From assembly GCA_051294375.1 (NCBI GenBank), contig CM119271.1:13888372-13952371 (forward strand): a stretch of 64,000 nt of DNA, in the 5' to 3' direction. Position numbers and translations under genes: made by a program. This document shows positions 1-18,810 of the stretch, piece by piece; position 1 is the stretch's first letter, and each line of letters opens with the position of its first letter. The stretch is from Paraspadella gotoi. Taxonomy: Eukaryota > Animalia > Chaetognatha. Below the pieces are notes generated by a model. The model saw nothing but the letters and a program-made list of their open reading frames with translations. It did not search any database and was not told the origin of the DNA.

Positions 1-167
1 ATAAGGAAGAGATTGTTTTAACTTAAAGTAAAAATATGTAAAACTTATTCGAGCAAGCTTTTTCTCCATGATTAGAATAAAGAACGAAATTGTGCCGTCC
101 GTCACTATTTTCTAGTGTTCAAGACCACGGCTGCGTTTATCTAAATATTCCCATCTTTTCGGCGTCC

Positions 168-3898
<3,731 letters not shown>

Positions 3899-4559
3899 TT
3901 TAAATGAATAAGTCCAAAGATCAATTCACCGTTGAAACAAAACGGTGAAAGTTAAAGTATATGTATTTGAATCGACTTAGTTTTGGATATGTGAAAATTA
4001 ACTGAGATATAATAACTTTCCTTTTTGAAAAATAAAATTGAACGTAAGACTAAGATTGAACGCAAAGTCGAAAAAGGTTTCGCTTTTATTCTTTCAAGTA
4101 AATAAAATTATGCCCCGTCAGGAAAGATTTGTAGTTTCTATATTTCTGGGAAATCCTGAAATCGGGACATACGTCGTGGTTGAAAGAAGAGGAGGAGGAG
4201 GAGGAGGAGGAGGAATTTAAAGGTTTGAGAGAAGAAAAGGTAACTGCACTATATATTCTCTTGGATATCTTTTCCTTTCATTTCGTTGCAATTTAAATTT
4301 GATTACAAAGTAGTAGAGTTTTTAATTGCTATTTTTACAACGAATTTGTCAATTTATTTTTACATGTTTCGGTCCTACAGACGGACCATCATCCGCGCGT
4401 TTTTGAAAAATTTATTAAGAAACCAATCGTTCTGAAGACATTGACGATGAGGAGAAGAGATAGAGAGAGGGGGGGCTCAATAACCATTAGTGGAATGATA
4501 AAAAGATTGCGCGATTGAACATTTTTTTTTGTTGCTTATTTTTTTAACAAATTTTAAAT

Positions 4560-5350
4560 CCTTTAAAAAGATTTTTTAGCATAACAGTATAATAGATTCA
4601 ATTAGAATTATAATTATAATTATTATTTAATTATAATTTAATATCCTTATAAAATAAGATATTAAATTTTAAAAGATTTTTTTTTTATTTTTAAGCACAG
4701 ATTTAGATTCATCGTAAAAAACTAAGAAACTTTTATAAAAAAGCATAAAAAGTTAAACAAGAAATATAATTGCAGCTTTTAAAAATTCTTACGTTTTCTA
4801 AGTGAAAATATAAAAAACTGATAAAATCATCGAAAGATGATGATGATGATTTTTTACGGTTTTTCTTATTTTTGACCCACTTATCATAGAAATATTTAAA
4901 AAAGAATTATACTTTGTGTAGACAACTTATTATGAGCTATCTAAATCTGATCTTAAAATTTAAAAATTCTAAAAACAATTTTTGGCCTTTCCTATCTATA
5001 AATAAATATTTAAAAAATTAATTACTAGGGTGTAGAGCCATATTAGAAATTTTTTGTCCATTGAAAGTATTCTAAAAAATGTCTAAATATTTGCTTGAGA
5101 AGATACTCGCTCTAAATTTTTGACTCACCCCATTGAGTTGGGCTACCCCTATTTAAAATGCTAAAGATGACAGAATTTTTGATAAAATGTTTTATATTTT
5201 TGATTCAACTTTTTATGAAGAATCTGAATCTGAAAAATATGAAAAAAGTTTAAAAAAACTTATTTTTAAAATTTACTATTTTAAAAAATATTACTATAAA
5301 TATTATTATTATTATTTTATTATTCTGTTCCCGAGACAATAAGAACAAAA
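4560..5350. mobile_element. Possible degenerate AT-rich fold-back/MITE remnant
   Basis: Imperfect inverted pair at ~4697-4730 (cagatttagattcatcgtaaaaaact) and ~5200-5233 (tcaactttttatgaagaatctgaatctg). A similar motif occurs in the MITE at 27216-27593. Ends are not definable. Confidence 0.3.
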
Positions 5351-5673
5351 TATTTTTTGTACTAATTAATCATACTATCTCACGTCTAAATATCCTGGAT
5401 TGGTCATTCAAATAAATGTTTTGTTCTTGTGTGCTCCACTACAGTAACCATTGTTTTCAATCCAAAACTTATAATCGTATGTTTTTTTATTTCCCTCATG
5501 CGACGATCAAATTCCGAGAGAGACAGTCGTCGACGGGAGACGAGATCGAGCCAGGGGGATCGAGTTCTGACTGAAATGAAAAATCGAATAAGAAATAAAT
5601 AATAAAAGCGAAATTGTTAAAAGATTTTCCTTAGAGATTCTCATCCATACCATGTCTCTTTTCGACGTTCCAG

Positions 5674-8147
<2,474 letters not shown>

Positions 8148-8694
8148 CGACCGCATAGACGTCGCCTGCGTCGAAACGCAATCTATCTGAGAGAAAAAAA
8201 CAAACAAAACTGCAACAAATGACGAAAACTTGGTCTCGATGCTCATTAAATGATTTAAAAAACAAATAAATCTCTTCCTAAATCGTGAAGAAATTTTATA
8301 GAAATAATAGATGTTAATTTATTGGTTGGTTTTTATTTTCTTGAATTTACGAAAAGGTTTAAACGTGTTAATGTTCTTTCCTGAAAAGTTAGCAACTTCG
8401 TTACTACAACAGTAGTATTCATATAGAATAATAGATCTGCTTTTTTGGTCATAATCCGCTACAAACATCGCAATCATCGTTCTCCGCGGCCTTCGTGGAC
8501 AAGCCTAGTTCTTTTACAGCAAATTGTCATCTCGAAAATGTTTCAATTAGACTTTATTTTAGTGCCAATTTTGCTAATTTTCACTCCCCGTTTTCGGGTC
8601 GATATCATTTTTATACCCTTTTTTGGACGATGTTTTGAAATGTTTTCTCTTTTGCTCAGTCTTAATTTGAGTCAGAAATACACAAATCCTCGAG

Positions 8695-9743
8695 ATGAGG
8701 CTGAGCCAAGTCCTCCAGAGTGGGCGGAGGTTTGGGAATCTGACGAAGGTGAGCAATACTGATTTTTCTCTTTTTCTTTTTCTCTCCCCCTTTCTCCTTC
8801 CCTCCCTCCCTCTATCTCTCTCTCTTTATTCATTTTATTCATTTTTCTCTTTCTCTCCCCCTTTCTCCTTCCCTCCCTCCCTCTATCTCTCTCTCTTAAT
8901 TCATTTCAGGTCCGCGGGATCGTCTACTACTCCCTATCCCCCTTCGAGCAAAAAGCTTTCGCCCTGTGCCTCTCCAAGGGCCTTCCTAACCTCTGGCGAA
9001 GGTCGGTCCGTCCGTCTTACTACCCTATCTTCCCCAAATCGCCAATCAATACAACCTCTTGTCTCTTGTTCAGATTTCGCGAGGAAGTATTCGTCGTGGC
9101 GCCACCCTTCGTTTTGGGCTATTGTGTGTACAATTGGGCGGAGAACAACCACGACTACCGACAGACCAAAGCCGGGATGATCCACTACGGAGAGGTAAGT
9201 TTATCTTTGCGGAATATCCACTTTATCGCTCGTTTAAGTGAAGGGGAAACCAGATTCTCTGGGAGTTTATTAAACTAGTCTGTCAGAGAGTCATGATCGA
9301 AAGCTTGCAGGGTCTTGCTGTCATTATCTTGTAAGAGGGATGGAGGCCTTACCCATCATATCCAATCAATTAGTGTCCAAAAGCCGGAGCAAAGATAGTA
9401 TGGCAACAGCCGGGTTGCCTGTGATCCCCATTGGGATGGGGCATCTCACTGTTGCCTTTGGGGGCTTCCGACCCTCAGTGACGCCTCCTGTCACTGGCGC
9501 GGTTACCCGAGGACGGTCTCGCTTTGCCAACGCAGAGGGAAGCCGTTAGGACTGTGGATGGAACGCAATGCTTGGGATGGTGCGTTCGCCTCACGTCCAC
9601 CATCGTTCAGTCAATACCATTGGCTCAGAGGGGGATGTGAATAGACCGCCACAATAGCTTATTTATTAATTTCAACTGACCTTTTATTTTAGGTGGAGCT
9701 GATTAAATACGACGACGACGAAGAAGCTTGCGACAAAAAATGA
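8695..9743 (+). CDS. UQCRQ: Cytochrome b-c1 complex subunit 8 (4 exons: 8695-8748, 8910-9001, 9074-9194, 9693-9743)
   Basis: [35 protein letters not shown]...[43 protein letters not shown] and VAPPF are QCR8 family motifs; GT-AG junctions keep the frame. Confidence 0.92.
9242..9670. mobile_element. Repeat family A, diverged copy, interrupted by a family B insertion
   Basis: Shares gaaagcttgcaggg...tcattatcttgtaagag..atggaggcctta and resumes as atagcttatttattaa after the B element. Confidence 0.75.
9399..9653. mobile_element. Family B element copy 1 (255 bp; TATGG...CCACA ends; ATAG target-site duplication); solo-LTR-like or MITE-like
   Basis: ATAG at 9395-9398 and 9654-9657; the uninterrupted family A copies have a single ATAG here. 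Homologous to 13278-13522 and 15301-15480. Confidence 0.85.
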
Positions 9744-10227
9744 TTTTAAAAAAATGAATATAAAAACTACACATGCAATATTCTTCATTAACACATTTGT
9801 CACGGACAGCGCCCAAGCGGCTAAGTTGTTATCAACTCCGCGCGACGATGGACGAACGGATTTTTTTTTTTTTTTGGGGGGGGGAAATTTATTTGTAATT
9901 TGAGACATTGAAACGATGTTGAGGTTCAGGCTGATGAGGGTCATATAATAATCATTGTATGATTGTCTCGAATCAGCTAACAACAGATTGAAATTTATGA
10001 AAAAATTGTTTTTCTATAAATATCATATTTGACTGGAGATGAACATTGACTCGAAAATGCGAGGCGCCGACTTTCGTCGATTCGCGAACCGGCTTTTTTC
10101 TCGTTTCCGGCGTCGAATTCGTCCCCGGATGGAAATATAATCGATCCGGTCTTGAACCCTTTGCCTTCGAGGATCGAAAGAACCGTCGCTACCTCTGTCT
10201 GAATATTTTTTTCTCTCCTCCGCGACG

Positions 10228-13200
10228 ATGTTGGCGTCGGGATGGAGTTCGGAACACGTCGTCGCCGTCGAGTACCGCGACCTGCAGACCAACGCCATGG
10301 CGGTGGACTGCGTGGGGAAGTTCGCTTTACTCGCCTCCAAGAGATGCATCGCTTTGGGTGAGGGAAATATATTGGACGGTTGATATTGAAAATATAGTCC
10401 CTTTTTTCTTCTATCATAAGCATTATCTGTAAGCACTTGAAGTTAGTTCTATTAGAGCTGGACCTCCCTGTACATTAAGTTAACATTAGAAGACTCAGTT
10501 TGATTTCGTTTTCACCCTCGTCCGTTTTCCAGTGGATCTGGACAATCCCGAACAGGGCGTGGGGCGCATCTCGAGATCCTCCAAGTGGGAGGTGACTTCG
10601 GCGATGTGGAATCCTCACGCCACCCACGCCGAGTATTTCGTCACCGCCAGCAATCAAAAGGTTGATCTCTACCGGTGGCACGATTATTCCGAACTCAAAC
10701 AAGAGAACAGCGGGACTCAGTTCAAGGTATTTAATGTGAAGGATCCCAAAGAAAAATGTCAGCGTCTCCAATTACCTTTCGCTTTGAACGCAAGGCCCAC
10801 ACGCGCGCCATCTCCGACGTGGATTGGTCCTACGTGGATCCCAACTACTTCGCCACCGCCTCCGTCGACACCTACGTCTTCTTGTGGGACATTCGCGACT
10901 CGCGGCGCCCGGCGCTCTCTCTTTCCGCCGTCGCCGGCGCCACTCAAGTCAAGTGGAACAAGATCAACGGCGACGTCTTGGGTGAGGGGAAAAGTGGAAG
11001 AGATTGTATACGAGGTTATTTTCACTCTTTTTCGTCTTTAATAATTCTCTTCTCATGCTTCTCCTTTCTCTCTCTCTCTCCCTTTCTCTCTCTCTCTCCT
11101 CCCTCTCTCTCTCTCTCCCTCTCTATCTCTCCCTTTCTCTCTCTCCCTCTCTCTCTTCCCCCTCTCTCTCCTCCCCTCTTTCTCCCCTCTCTCTCTCTCC
11201 CCCCTCTCTCTCCCTCCCCTCTTCCTCTCTCTTCCCCCCTCCTCTCTCCTCCCTCCTCTCTCTCTTCCCCCTCTCTCTCCTCCCCCCCTCTCTCTTCCCC
11301 CCTCTCTCTCTCTCCTCCCCTCTCTCTTTCCCCCTCTCTCTCTTTCCCCCTCTCTCCCTCTCTCTCTCTCCCCTCCTTCCCCCCGCCAGCCACTAGCCAC
11401 GACGGGGACCTCCGCATCTGGGATCAGCGAAAGGGGACGACGCCAGTCAACTACGTGACGGCGCACTTGGCCAAGATTCACGGGGTCGACTGGAGCCCGT
11501 CTTCGCCCACCATGCTAGCCACTTCCAGCCAGGACTGCACCGTCAAGTTTTGGGATCTGGAGAATTCCAAGCGGGCCGTGGATCAGTTGACAACGGGGAG
11601 TCCCGTTTGGAGGGCGAGGTACACGCCCTTTGGAACCGGTGAGAGAAGATTTGGAGTAGTCTACTACTCATCTATACATATTCATAATCATCATCATCAA
11701 TCTCACGATCCCTCTCCATCTTCATCAGGCCTCATCACCGTCGTCGTCCCCCAACTCCGTCGAGGAGAAAACACTCTTCTGCTGTGGAACGCGGAGTCGC
11801 TGCAGCGGCCCGTCCACACCTTCGTCGGACATTCGGACGTCATTCTCGAGTTTCAGTGGAGGAAAATTCCAAGGTGTCGAAGAGGGGTAGGGTAGAAGTT
11901 AGGGTAAAATTTGATTGATAAATTTTTTTATTGATTGTATCATAATTATTTCATTTCCTTTTATTTTTATTTCATTTTTTAAATATTTTATCAGGATAGA
12001 CATTGATTGATTTAATTTGTATATTTACCTTACATGCTAAATATCACAGTAAATTTCTATCAGTTAATGTTTTAACTTAATAGCCGCTTAGGAAGAAAAT
12101 CTAAATCACTCGGTATTTAATCAGATTCCGCCAATATGCGTTTTCAGAGAGGATTCCGACGTCTACCAGTTGGTGACCTGGAGTAAAGACCAGAGTCTTC
12201 GCATTTGGAAGATCGAACCGGGCCTCTTGCAACTCGTCGGGACCGACTTCGACGACGACGAGGAGGAAGAGGAGGAGGAGGAAGAAGAAGCGGCTTCAAG
12301 AAAGGAGGAGAAGAAAGAGGATGAGGAAGAGGAAAAGAAGAAGATAAAGGAGGCTGAAGAAGTCGGAGAATTCGTCGTCATCGATTCGACGGAGATTGAG
12401 AAATTGGAGAAAAGAGAGGAAGAGAGGGAGGAAGGGGAAAAGAGAAAGGAGGAAGGAAGGCGGGAGAAGAAGCCGAAGAGCATCGCTGGTCGTGAATCGC
12501 AAGGAGGAGGATGTAAGTTTGGGAATTTGTTTACGTTGTTAACATTGTTAACAATTATTAGTTATATATCCCCTCGCACTCCCCCCCCTTCCTTTTCAGC
12601 CCACTCGACGTTCTTCAAGAAGAGACATCCCGATCCGTCCTCCAACCTCTCTTCAAAGCCCCGCACGCTGAAGCAAGAGTTCGAGCTTCTCAATCGCGAC
12701 ATCCCCAACGTCTCCGTCCGCGACATGAACACCCTCAACCGGAAGTGCCGGATTTCGGCGACGGTGGGCGACACCGGGATCGACATCGACGTCGAGTTTC
12801 CGGCTCAGTATCCGGCGTTGACGGCGCCCTCCTTCGACGTCGTCAAGGCGAAGAATCTCGACTCGGCGGCGCAGAGCAACATCGTCCGCGCCATGATGGA
12901 CCGGAGTCTGCAGCACGTCAAGAAGAGTCAAGCCTGTCTAGAGCCTTGCATCAGGTGCGTGGGGTGGTAATCCAAATAAATTCGGAGGTGCGGCGACGAC
13001 AACAACAACAACAACCGCGACAATGAAACTGACATTTGACCAAGGTTAAGTTCCTGACCTTAAATCAACCTTACCTTGACTATTGTTTAGCGTTTTCCCT
13101 TATTTTCTTACTTACCATTGTTTTGTCTTTTACCTTACCTCGTTTTTGAATGATTTCGATCATTACATGTCTTATCCTTAAACTGAAAACAACTCGATAT

Positions 13201-16200
13201 TTTTCTCTACAAAAATCTACAAAGTCAGATCCCAAAGAGGTTGATTTATTCTTTCAACTAGGCCGAATATATAATATTATGGCAACAGCCGGGTTGCCTG
13301 TGATGCCCATTGGGATGGGGCATCTCACTGTTGGGGGCTTCCGACCCTCTGACGCATCCAGTCACTGGCGCGGTTACCCTAGGACGGTCTCACTTTGCCA
13401 ACGCAGAGGGAAGTCATTAGGACTGTGGATGGAACACAACGCCTGGGATGGTGTGTTCCCCCTCTGAGCCAATGGTATTGGCTGAAGGATTGTGGACGTG
13501 AGGTGGTCAATAAACCACCACAATATTGGTTTTAGTTCGATGAGACACCATTTCCTACTTTCAGGGTAAGGTCCTCAATTATTTTATTGATTTATATTCC
13601 TTCTGATACCCTTGAATTTAACGAGAAAAGAAATCACTCTAATACGTAAATTAGATTAAGGTTCTCTGATAACTCAACAACCCGTTTCTAACGACAGACA
13701 ACTCCGAGACACCCTGGACGAAGTTCAATTAGGTCACGACGACGCCGACAAATCCTCATCGCCGAGTAAGGATCAAGACGCGTCCATCAGGTATGCCACC
13801 TTGTTTCGTCATCTCGCGGTTTTGATTCATATTTCTTAATTTTTTTTTTCTTTCCCTCTCGTCCAACCTTTCCCCCGCCATCCCAAAACAGAGCAGGGAG
13901 TAGAGAGTCTTCCGTCGGCCCCCCTTCCTCCAACCCTCATCCCGACTTCCCCTACGGACCTTCCCCCGACGTCGACGCCTCCGTCCCTTTTCCCCGGACG
14001 TCGGGCGCGAGATTCTGCGGGACATTCTTGGTTATATTTCAGGTGAAAAGTTTAAAGGGGATGATTCGTCGTCGTCGTCGCTGACGGATGTTCTTTCCCT
14101 CCTGCAGCGCACCTCCGCCCAGTCTTTGGCCTCCAAGCACGGTCTCTCCTCAGCCGTGTTAACGCCGCCTTCGTTAGCGGCGTTGACGGCGTACAACAAT
14201 CTTCGCCAGTCGACGCAGAATCTGCCTCCCGGGTCTCAGTTTGCCAAGTCGATCTACAATATCGGTAAGAATCCGGTTACTAGGGGATACTTAATAATTT
14301 ATATTTAATGCTTATAGAAAGCCTTAAATACACGGAAAAAAGCAATCTTTGCTGGAAACAACCTATTCGGTTCTATATTTTCTTTTGTCGTTACATCTTG
14401 GTCCAACTTTTCCCAGGTCGAAGTTCCCCCTCCGACTTGCCGCCGCACCAATACCTCAAACATCGCAAAGGCAGTCACCGTCCGCGCGGAAAGCCCAAGC
14501 GCGGCCAGGTCGGAATCGTCGACGGCGCCATCACCAGCGGAGGTGTCAGCGGCGGCAGCGTCGGAATGCAGCACCATCATCAGCATCATCACGGAGGCGG
14601 AGCAGCGCAATGGAGGCACGTGAGTGCAGGGGGGGGGGGAAAAGGCTGTTTTGTATATTTCTTAGAAATAGGAGTCCTAATTAATCTTTTCCTCGCAGAA
14701 CGAAGTTCCCTCCGTCGACATTTTCGACGCCTCCTCCCTCTTTCCCTTCGATCGAGACTTGGCCGCCAAATACGTGATCGACTCGGCCGACGGCGACGCC
14801 ATGTGCGCCGCCAACGCCGCCGCCTGCGCCGCCGCCAACCGCCACGACTTGGCCCAATTGTGGAGCCTCGTCAGGGAAGTGGCCTTCTCCGATGAGGCGG
14901 GGAAAGAGTGAGTAAATGGCAGTTGAGTTGAGAGTGAGTTTTAAATTATCATTTATCAATGTCATCCCCACTCGACTTCATCCCCAGCCCCATCCACGAT
15001 CCGGTGCCCTGGACGATGCATCCTCTCGGACTTTCCCTCGTCGACTCGATGCTCCGCCACCTGACGGTCGCCAGCGACGTCCAGTCTCTCGCCATGATCT
15101 CGTGCGCCTTTCGTCGCTTCGAGGTGGACGACGGCGCCCGCGACGCTTCGGGTAAGTTAAGGAGAAAATGAGGAGCGTAAAGCTTAAAGACAAATAACGC
15201 TATAAAAAACCATAACTGACAGAAAGAATCAAAACACGGACCGAAAAGATTAAAATACAAAAAATTGCAATAAGAAACCAACCTGTTAAAAATGAAACGG
15301 TATAGCAACAGCCGGGTTGCCCGTGGCTGGGGCATCTCACTTGTTGGCGTTAAGGGCTTCCCACCCTCAGTGGCGCCGCCTGCCACTGGCGCAGTTACCC
15401 ATGGTCGTTAGTTCCATCGATGGAACGCCTGGTTGGGATGATGGGATTGGATGAATTGAGACGAAGGTGAGACGGCCACTAGCAAAACGAGAACGGTCAA
15501 AAATGAAACGAATTAATTCGGGTTTTGGTTGCGAATGGTAATGTTTAATAATTTATTCCATTAAAAAGACTTTCTCTTTTCTCTCGACCCCCAGGGTCAT
15601 CGACGCCACGAGGTCCGCTCGACGTCGCCGGGTTAGAAACCAGCGCCAACTCTCAGCATAGTCTCGCGGCGCTGGGTGGGGGCTCCACTCACAGGTTTGA
15701 ATTTCTGGATCGACTGCTATGGTTTCCTCGCAGGAATTATCATTTCATTAAACATACATGTATATCATTTATATTTTTCTCTCTCTCTCTCTCTCCATCC
15801 AGTCGCTTCATGCAGCGATCTTCTTCGTTGTGCGACGCCAACTTCGAGGTCTTGCGTTCCCCGCCCGAATCTGCCGCCGATGCGGCGTTCTTCGCCGCTG
15901 ATTCGCAGCATAGACTAAAGACGCTGCAGCTGCAGTTTCAGCAACAGCGGACGAAGCCGCCGCCGCCGCAGCTACAGACGATCGAAAGACCCTTGAGTGT
16001 TCTCGCTTCGCCCGGAGTGGAGACGCTGAGGCGGCAATGCGACGGATACAAGGCTGCATACGCAGAGTTGCTCCATAGATGGAAGTTTTTGGTTAAGGTG
16101 TGTGGGGGATGATGATCAATACTTTGTTATTGAATTTTAAATTCCATTTTCCCATCCCCCAGCGTTGCGAACTCCTAAAATGCACGACGCGCCCGCCCGA

Positions 16201-16718
16201 ACCTCATCACGGGCTCGAACTCGCGTCGGTCTGCCCGACATGCGATTCCTCGTCGGCTTCACCCAATCGCGACGGCCTGGGCGTCGGAGGAAAATCGAGC
16301 CTCAGCTGCACGAGATGCAAACGAGCGAGACTCACCTGCGCCGTTTGCAGACTTATAGTCAAAGGTAAGGACTCGATTGTTGAGGGTTAGTTAAGATTTG
16401 ACACTAATCCCACCCTTTTTTTTTTGTTTTCCAGGTCTCTCCACCTTTTGTCCCTCTTGCGCCCACGGCGGCCACAGTCAACACATGGTCTCTTGGTTCA
16501 AAAGTCACGACGTGTGCCCGACGGGCTGCGGCTGCCGCTGCCTCGCCTCCTCCGCGGCGGCGAGGACGACGAACAAGTCTTCGTCGTCGTCGATGTCGTC
16601 GAACGTCTCGTCGTCGTCTTCCCAGCGGAGGGAGGAAGAGGCGACGACGACGGAGTCCGTTTCCGCCGCGTCGTCGATCGCGAGTCCGACGGGGAATCTG
16701 CCTTGGATCAATTGGTGA
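10228..16718 (+). CDS. WDR59: GATOR2 complex subunit WDR59 (WD40 repeats, RWD domain, C-terminal RING-like zinc finger), ~15 exons
   Basis: MLASGWSSEHVVAVEYRDLQTNAMAVDC, SKWEV, AHTRAISDVDW, GATQVKWN, HLAKIHGVDW, PVWRARYTPFG, PVHTFVGHSDVILEFQWR, YQLVTWSKDQSLRIW, TLKQEF, CLEPCIRQL, PWTMHPLG, DVQSLAMISC, CAHGGHSQHMVSWF..CPTGCGCRC; stop 16716-16718. Confidence 0.95.
11055..11385 (+). repeat. C/T-only low-complexity tract filling a WDR59 intron
   Basis: ~330 bp of almost pure pyrimidines (ctctct/cccct). Confidence 0.95.
13278..13522. mobile_element. Family B element copy 2 (245 bp; ATAT target-site duplication) in a WDR59 intron
   Basis: ATAT at 13274-13277 and 13523-13526; same TATGG...CCACA termini as copy 1; AATAAA near the right end. 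Confidence 0.85.
15301..15480. mobile_element. Family B element copy 3, diverged and internally deleted
   Basis: Starts tatagcaacagccgggttgcc and shares ggggcatctcac, gggcttcc..ccctcagtg..cactggcgc, gatggaacgc, ttgggatg. Right end and TSD unclear. Confidence 0.7.
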
Positions 16719-16759
16719 ATGGAGGAAGGAGGTGGGTTGGAGAGGAGGATGGGGAGAGA

Positions 16760-17520
16760 GAAGGAGAATGTGAAAAGGGGAGGGGGACAGAGAAGGATTA
16801 AGAGTAGAAAAGGGGAGAAAGAGAGAGAGGAGAATGTGAAAAGGGGAGGGGGACAGAGAAGATTAAGAGTAGAAAAGGGAGAAAGAGAGGAGGAGAATGT
16901 GAAAAGGGGAGGGGACAGAGAAGGATTAAGAGTAGAAAAGGAGAAAGAGAGGAGGAGAATGTGAAAAGGGGAGGGGACAGAGAAGGATTAAGAGTAGAAA
17001 AGGGAGAAAGAGAGGAGGAGAATGTGAAAGGGGAGGGGGACAGAGAAGGATTAAGAGTAGAAAAGGGAGAAAGAGGGAGGAGAATGTGAAAAGGGGAGGG
17101 GGACAGAGAAGGATTAAAGAGTAAAAAGGGAGAAAGGAGAGGAGGAGAATGTGAAAAGGGAGGGGGACAGAGAAGATAAGAGTAGAAAAGGAGAAGAGAG
17201 GAGAGAATGTGAAAAGGGAGGGGAACAGAGAGGAAAGAGTAGAAAAGAGAGAAAGAGAGGAGAAATGTGGAAAAGGGAGGGGACGAGAGAAGGATTAAGG
17301 AGTAGAAAAGGGAGAAAGAGAGAGAGGAATGTGAAAAGGGGAGGGGACAGAGAAGGATTAAGAGTAGAAAAGGAGAAAGAGAGGAGGAGAGAATGTGAAA
17401 AGCGGAGAGGGGACAGAGAAGGATTAGAGATAGAAGAAGGGAGAAAGAGAGGAGAGAATGTGAAAAGCGGTGAAGGGGGACAGAGAAGGAGTAAGAGTAG
17501 AAAAGGGAGAAAAGAGAGGA
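16760..17520 (+). repeat. Purine-rich minisatellite, ~12 units of ~58-66 bp, just after the WDR59 stop
   Basis: Unit approx. gagaatgtgaaaaggggaggggacagagaaggattaagagtagaaaagggagaaagagagga; the aatgtg anchor recurs 12 times. Confidence 0.95.
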
Positions 17521-18142
17521 GGAAGAAAATAGGAAATGAGGAGCAGAGAGATAAAGAAGCAAGAAAAAAAGGCATGACGCTTTATTTCGCCGTAGATCAA
17601 ATGTTTTAAATTATTTTATCGCCTTTATCGTTGTTTTTGTTGAAAATTTTATCGGAACCATTTTACTGTGACTGGATTAAACGAGTTGAATTTGAGCAAA
17701 ATTTATATTTTCTGATTTATGACTGTTATAGGAAATAAATTATTTAAAAATCTATATTAAAATACGTTACTTAACTACAGTTTAAAAGTAGCGAGTCAAA
17801 TAGCGGATCATTATTGATAATAAAAAGGAGATAGCTCTTGGACGCGGGCAAGATATGTTCCATGTTGCCTACTTAAACGTTTGTTGGTTTAAAGTAAATT
17901 ATGAAAACAAGAAAAGAGAATAATTAGCTTAAGCCTAATCTACCAAAAAGGCTGAAAAGAAGCTAGGTACGCTCATACAATATGCATATTGTATAAACCT
18001 TTCATAATGTTTTGTGAGGCGTCCAATTATTCTAAATGGCAACGATCACTTTCTTCAAAATTCTTAACTAAGGCCTCAGTTTATTATTATTAATCATTTA
18101 GAGAAAAGCAAAGTGTTTTAGAATTTGTTACAACGATTTTAT

Positions 18143-18200
18143 TTTTAATAGACGGACATGTTTCGACTCTTTGAATTCGAGTCTTCATCAGCGTTTAAAA
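18143..18200 (-). ncRNA. Minimal type I hammerhead ribozyme motif (intact core, GUC cleavage triplet)
   Basis: Minus strand: ttttaaacg CTGATGA a gactc gaattcaaa gagtc GAAA catg TC cgtctattaaaa. Stem II gactc/gagtc, stem I acg/cgt plus ttttaa/ttaaaa, palindromic ACATGT stem III. Confidence 0.8.
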
Positions 18201-18810
18201 TTCACAAACTTTTCAGTTGTTATCATTGACTTTGGAGAGAGAGATGTTGGACATAACCTTTCGCCAAACAGAGAAAGAAGGAGAGAGAGATTGAGAGAGA
18301 AAGAGAGAGACTTTCCAACAAAGAATTGGGTAAAGGACAGTGGTCAGATGAGGACAGGTGAAAGTGAGGCAAGGGAAAGAGAGTAAGAAAATGTGAAATT
18401 TGGTGAAAAGAGAGACAAAAATTAATACATTTGGTAATGTACAAAAGTGAAAAAGAAATAAACTAAAATAAATAACAAAGATTAATAAATAATTGTTTGT
18501 GAAAATTTGAAATAATGAAAAATTGAAGAATTGAAATTTGAAATGGAAGAATAGGTTATGAGGGATAGATAAGATAAAGGTAAGGGGAAAAAAAGGTAAG
18601 AAAGAGCTCAAAATGAGCTGGCCCCTCTCTCTTTTCACCAAATTTCACATTTACTTACTCTCCTTCCCTTCCCTCACTTTCACCTGTCCTCACATCTGAC
18701 CACTGTCTTTTACTCAATTCTTTGTTGGAAACTCTCTCTATCTCTCACAATCTCTCTCTCCTTCTTTCTCACTCTCCAAAATCAATGATAACAACTGAAA
18801 AGTTTGTGAA

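Noticed and set aside
10756-11895. 379-aa ORF read as one protein with a Ser/Leu/Pro-rich insert
   Set aside because: It reads through WDR59 introns; CT repeats simply lack stop codons. The antisense E/R/G-rich ORFs are the same artefact.
16798-17609. Long ORFs on both strands over the minisatellite
   Set aside because: Low-complexity translations of a tandem repeat.
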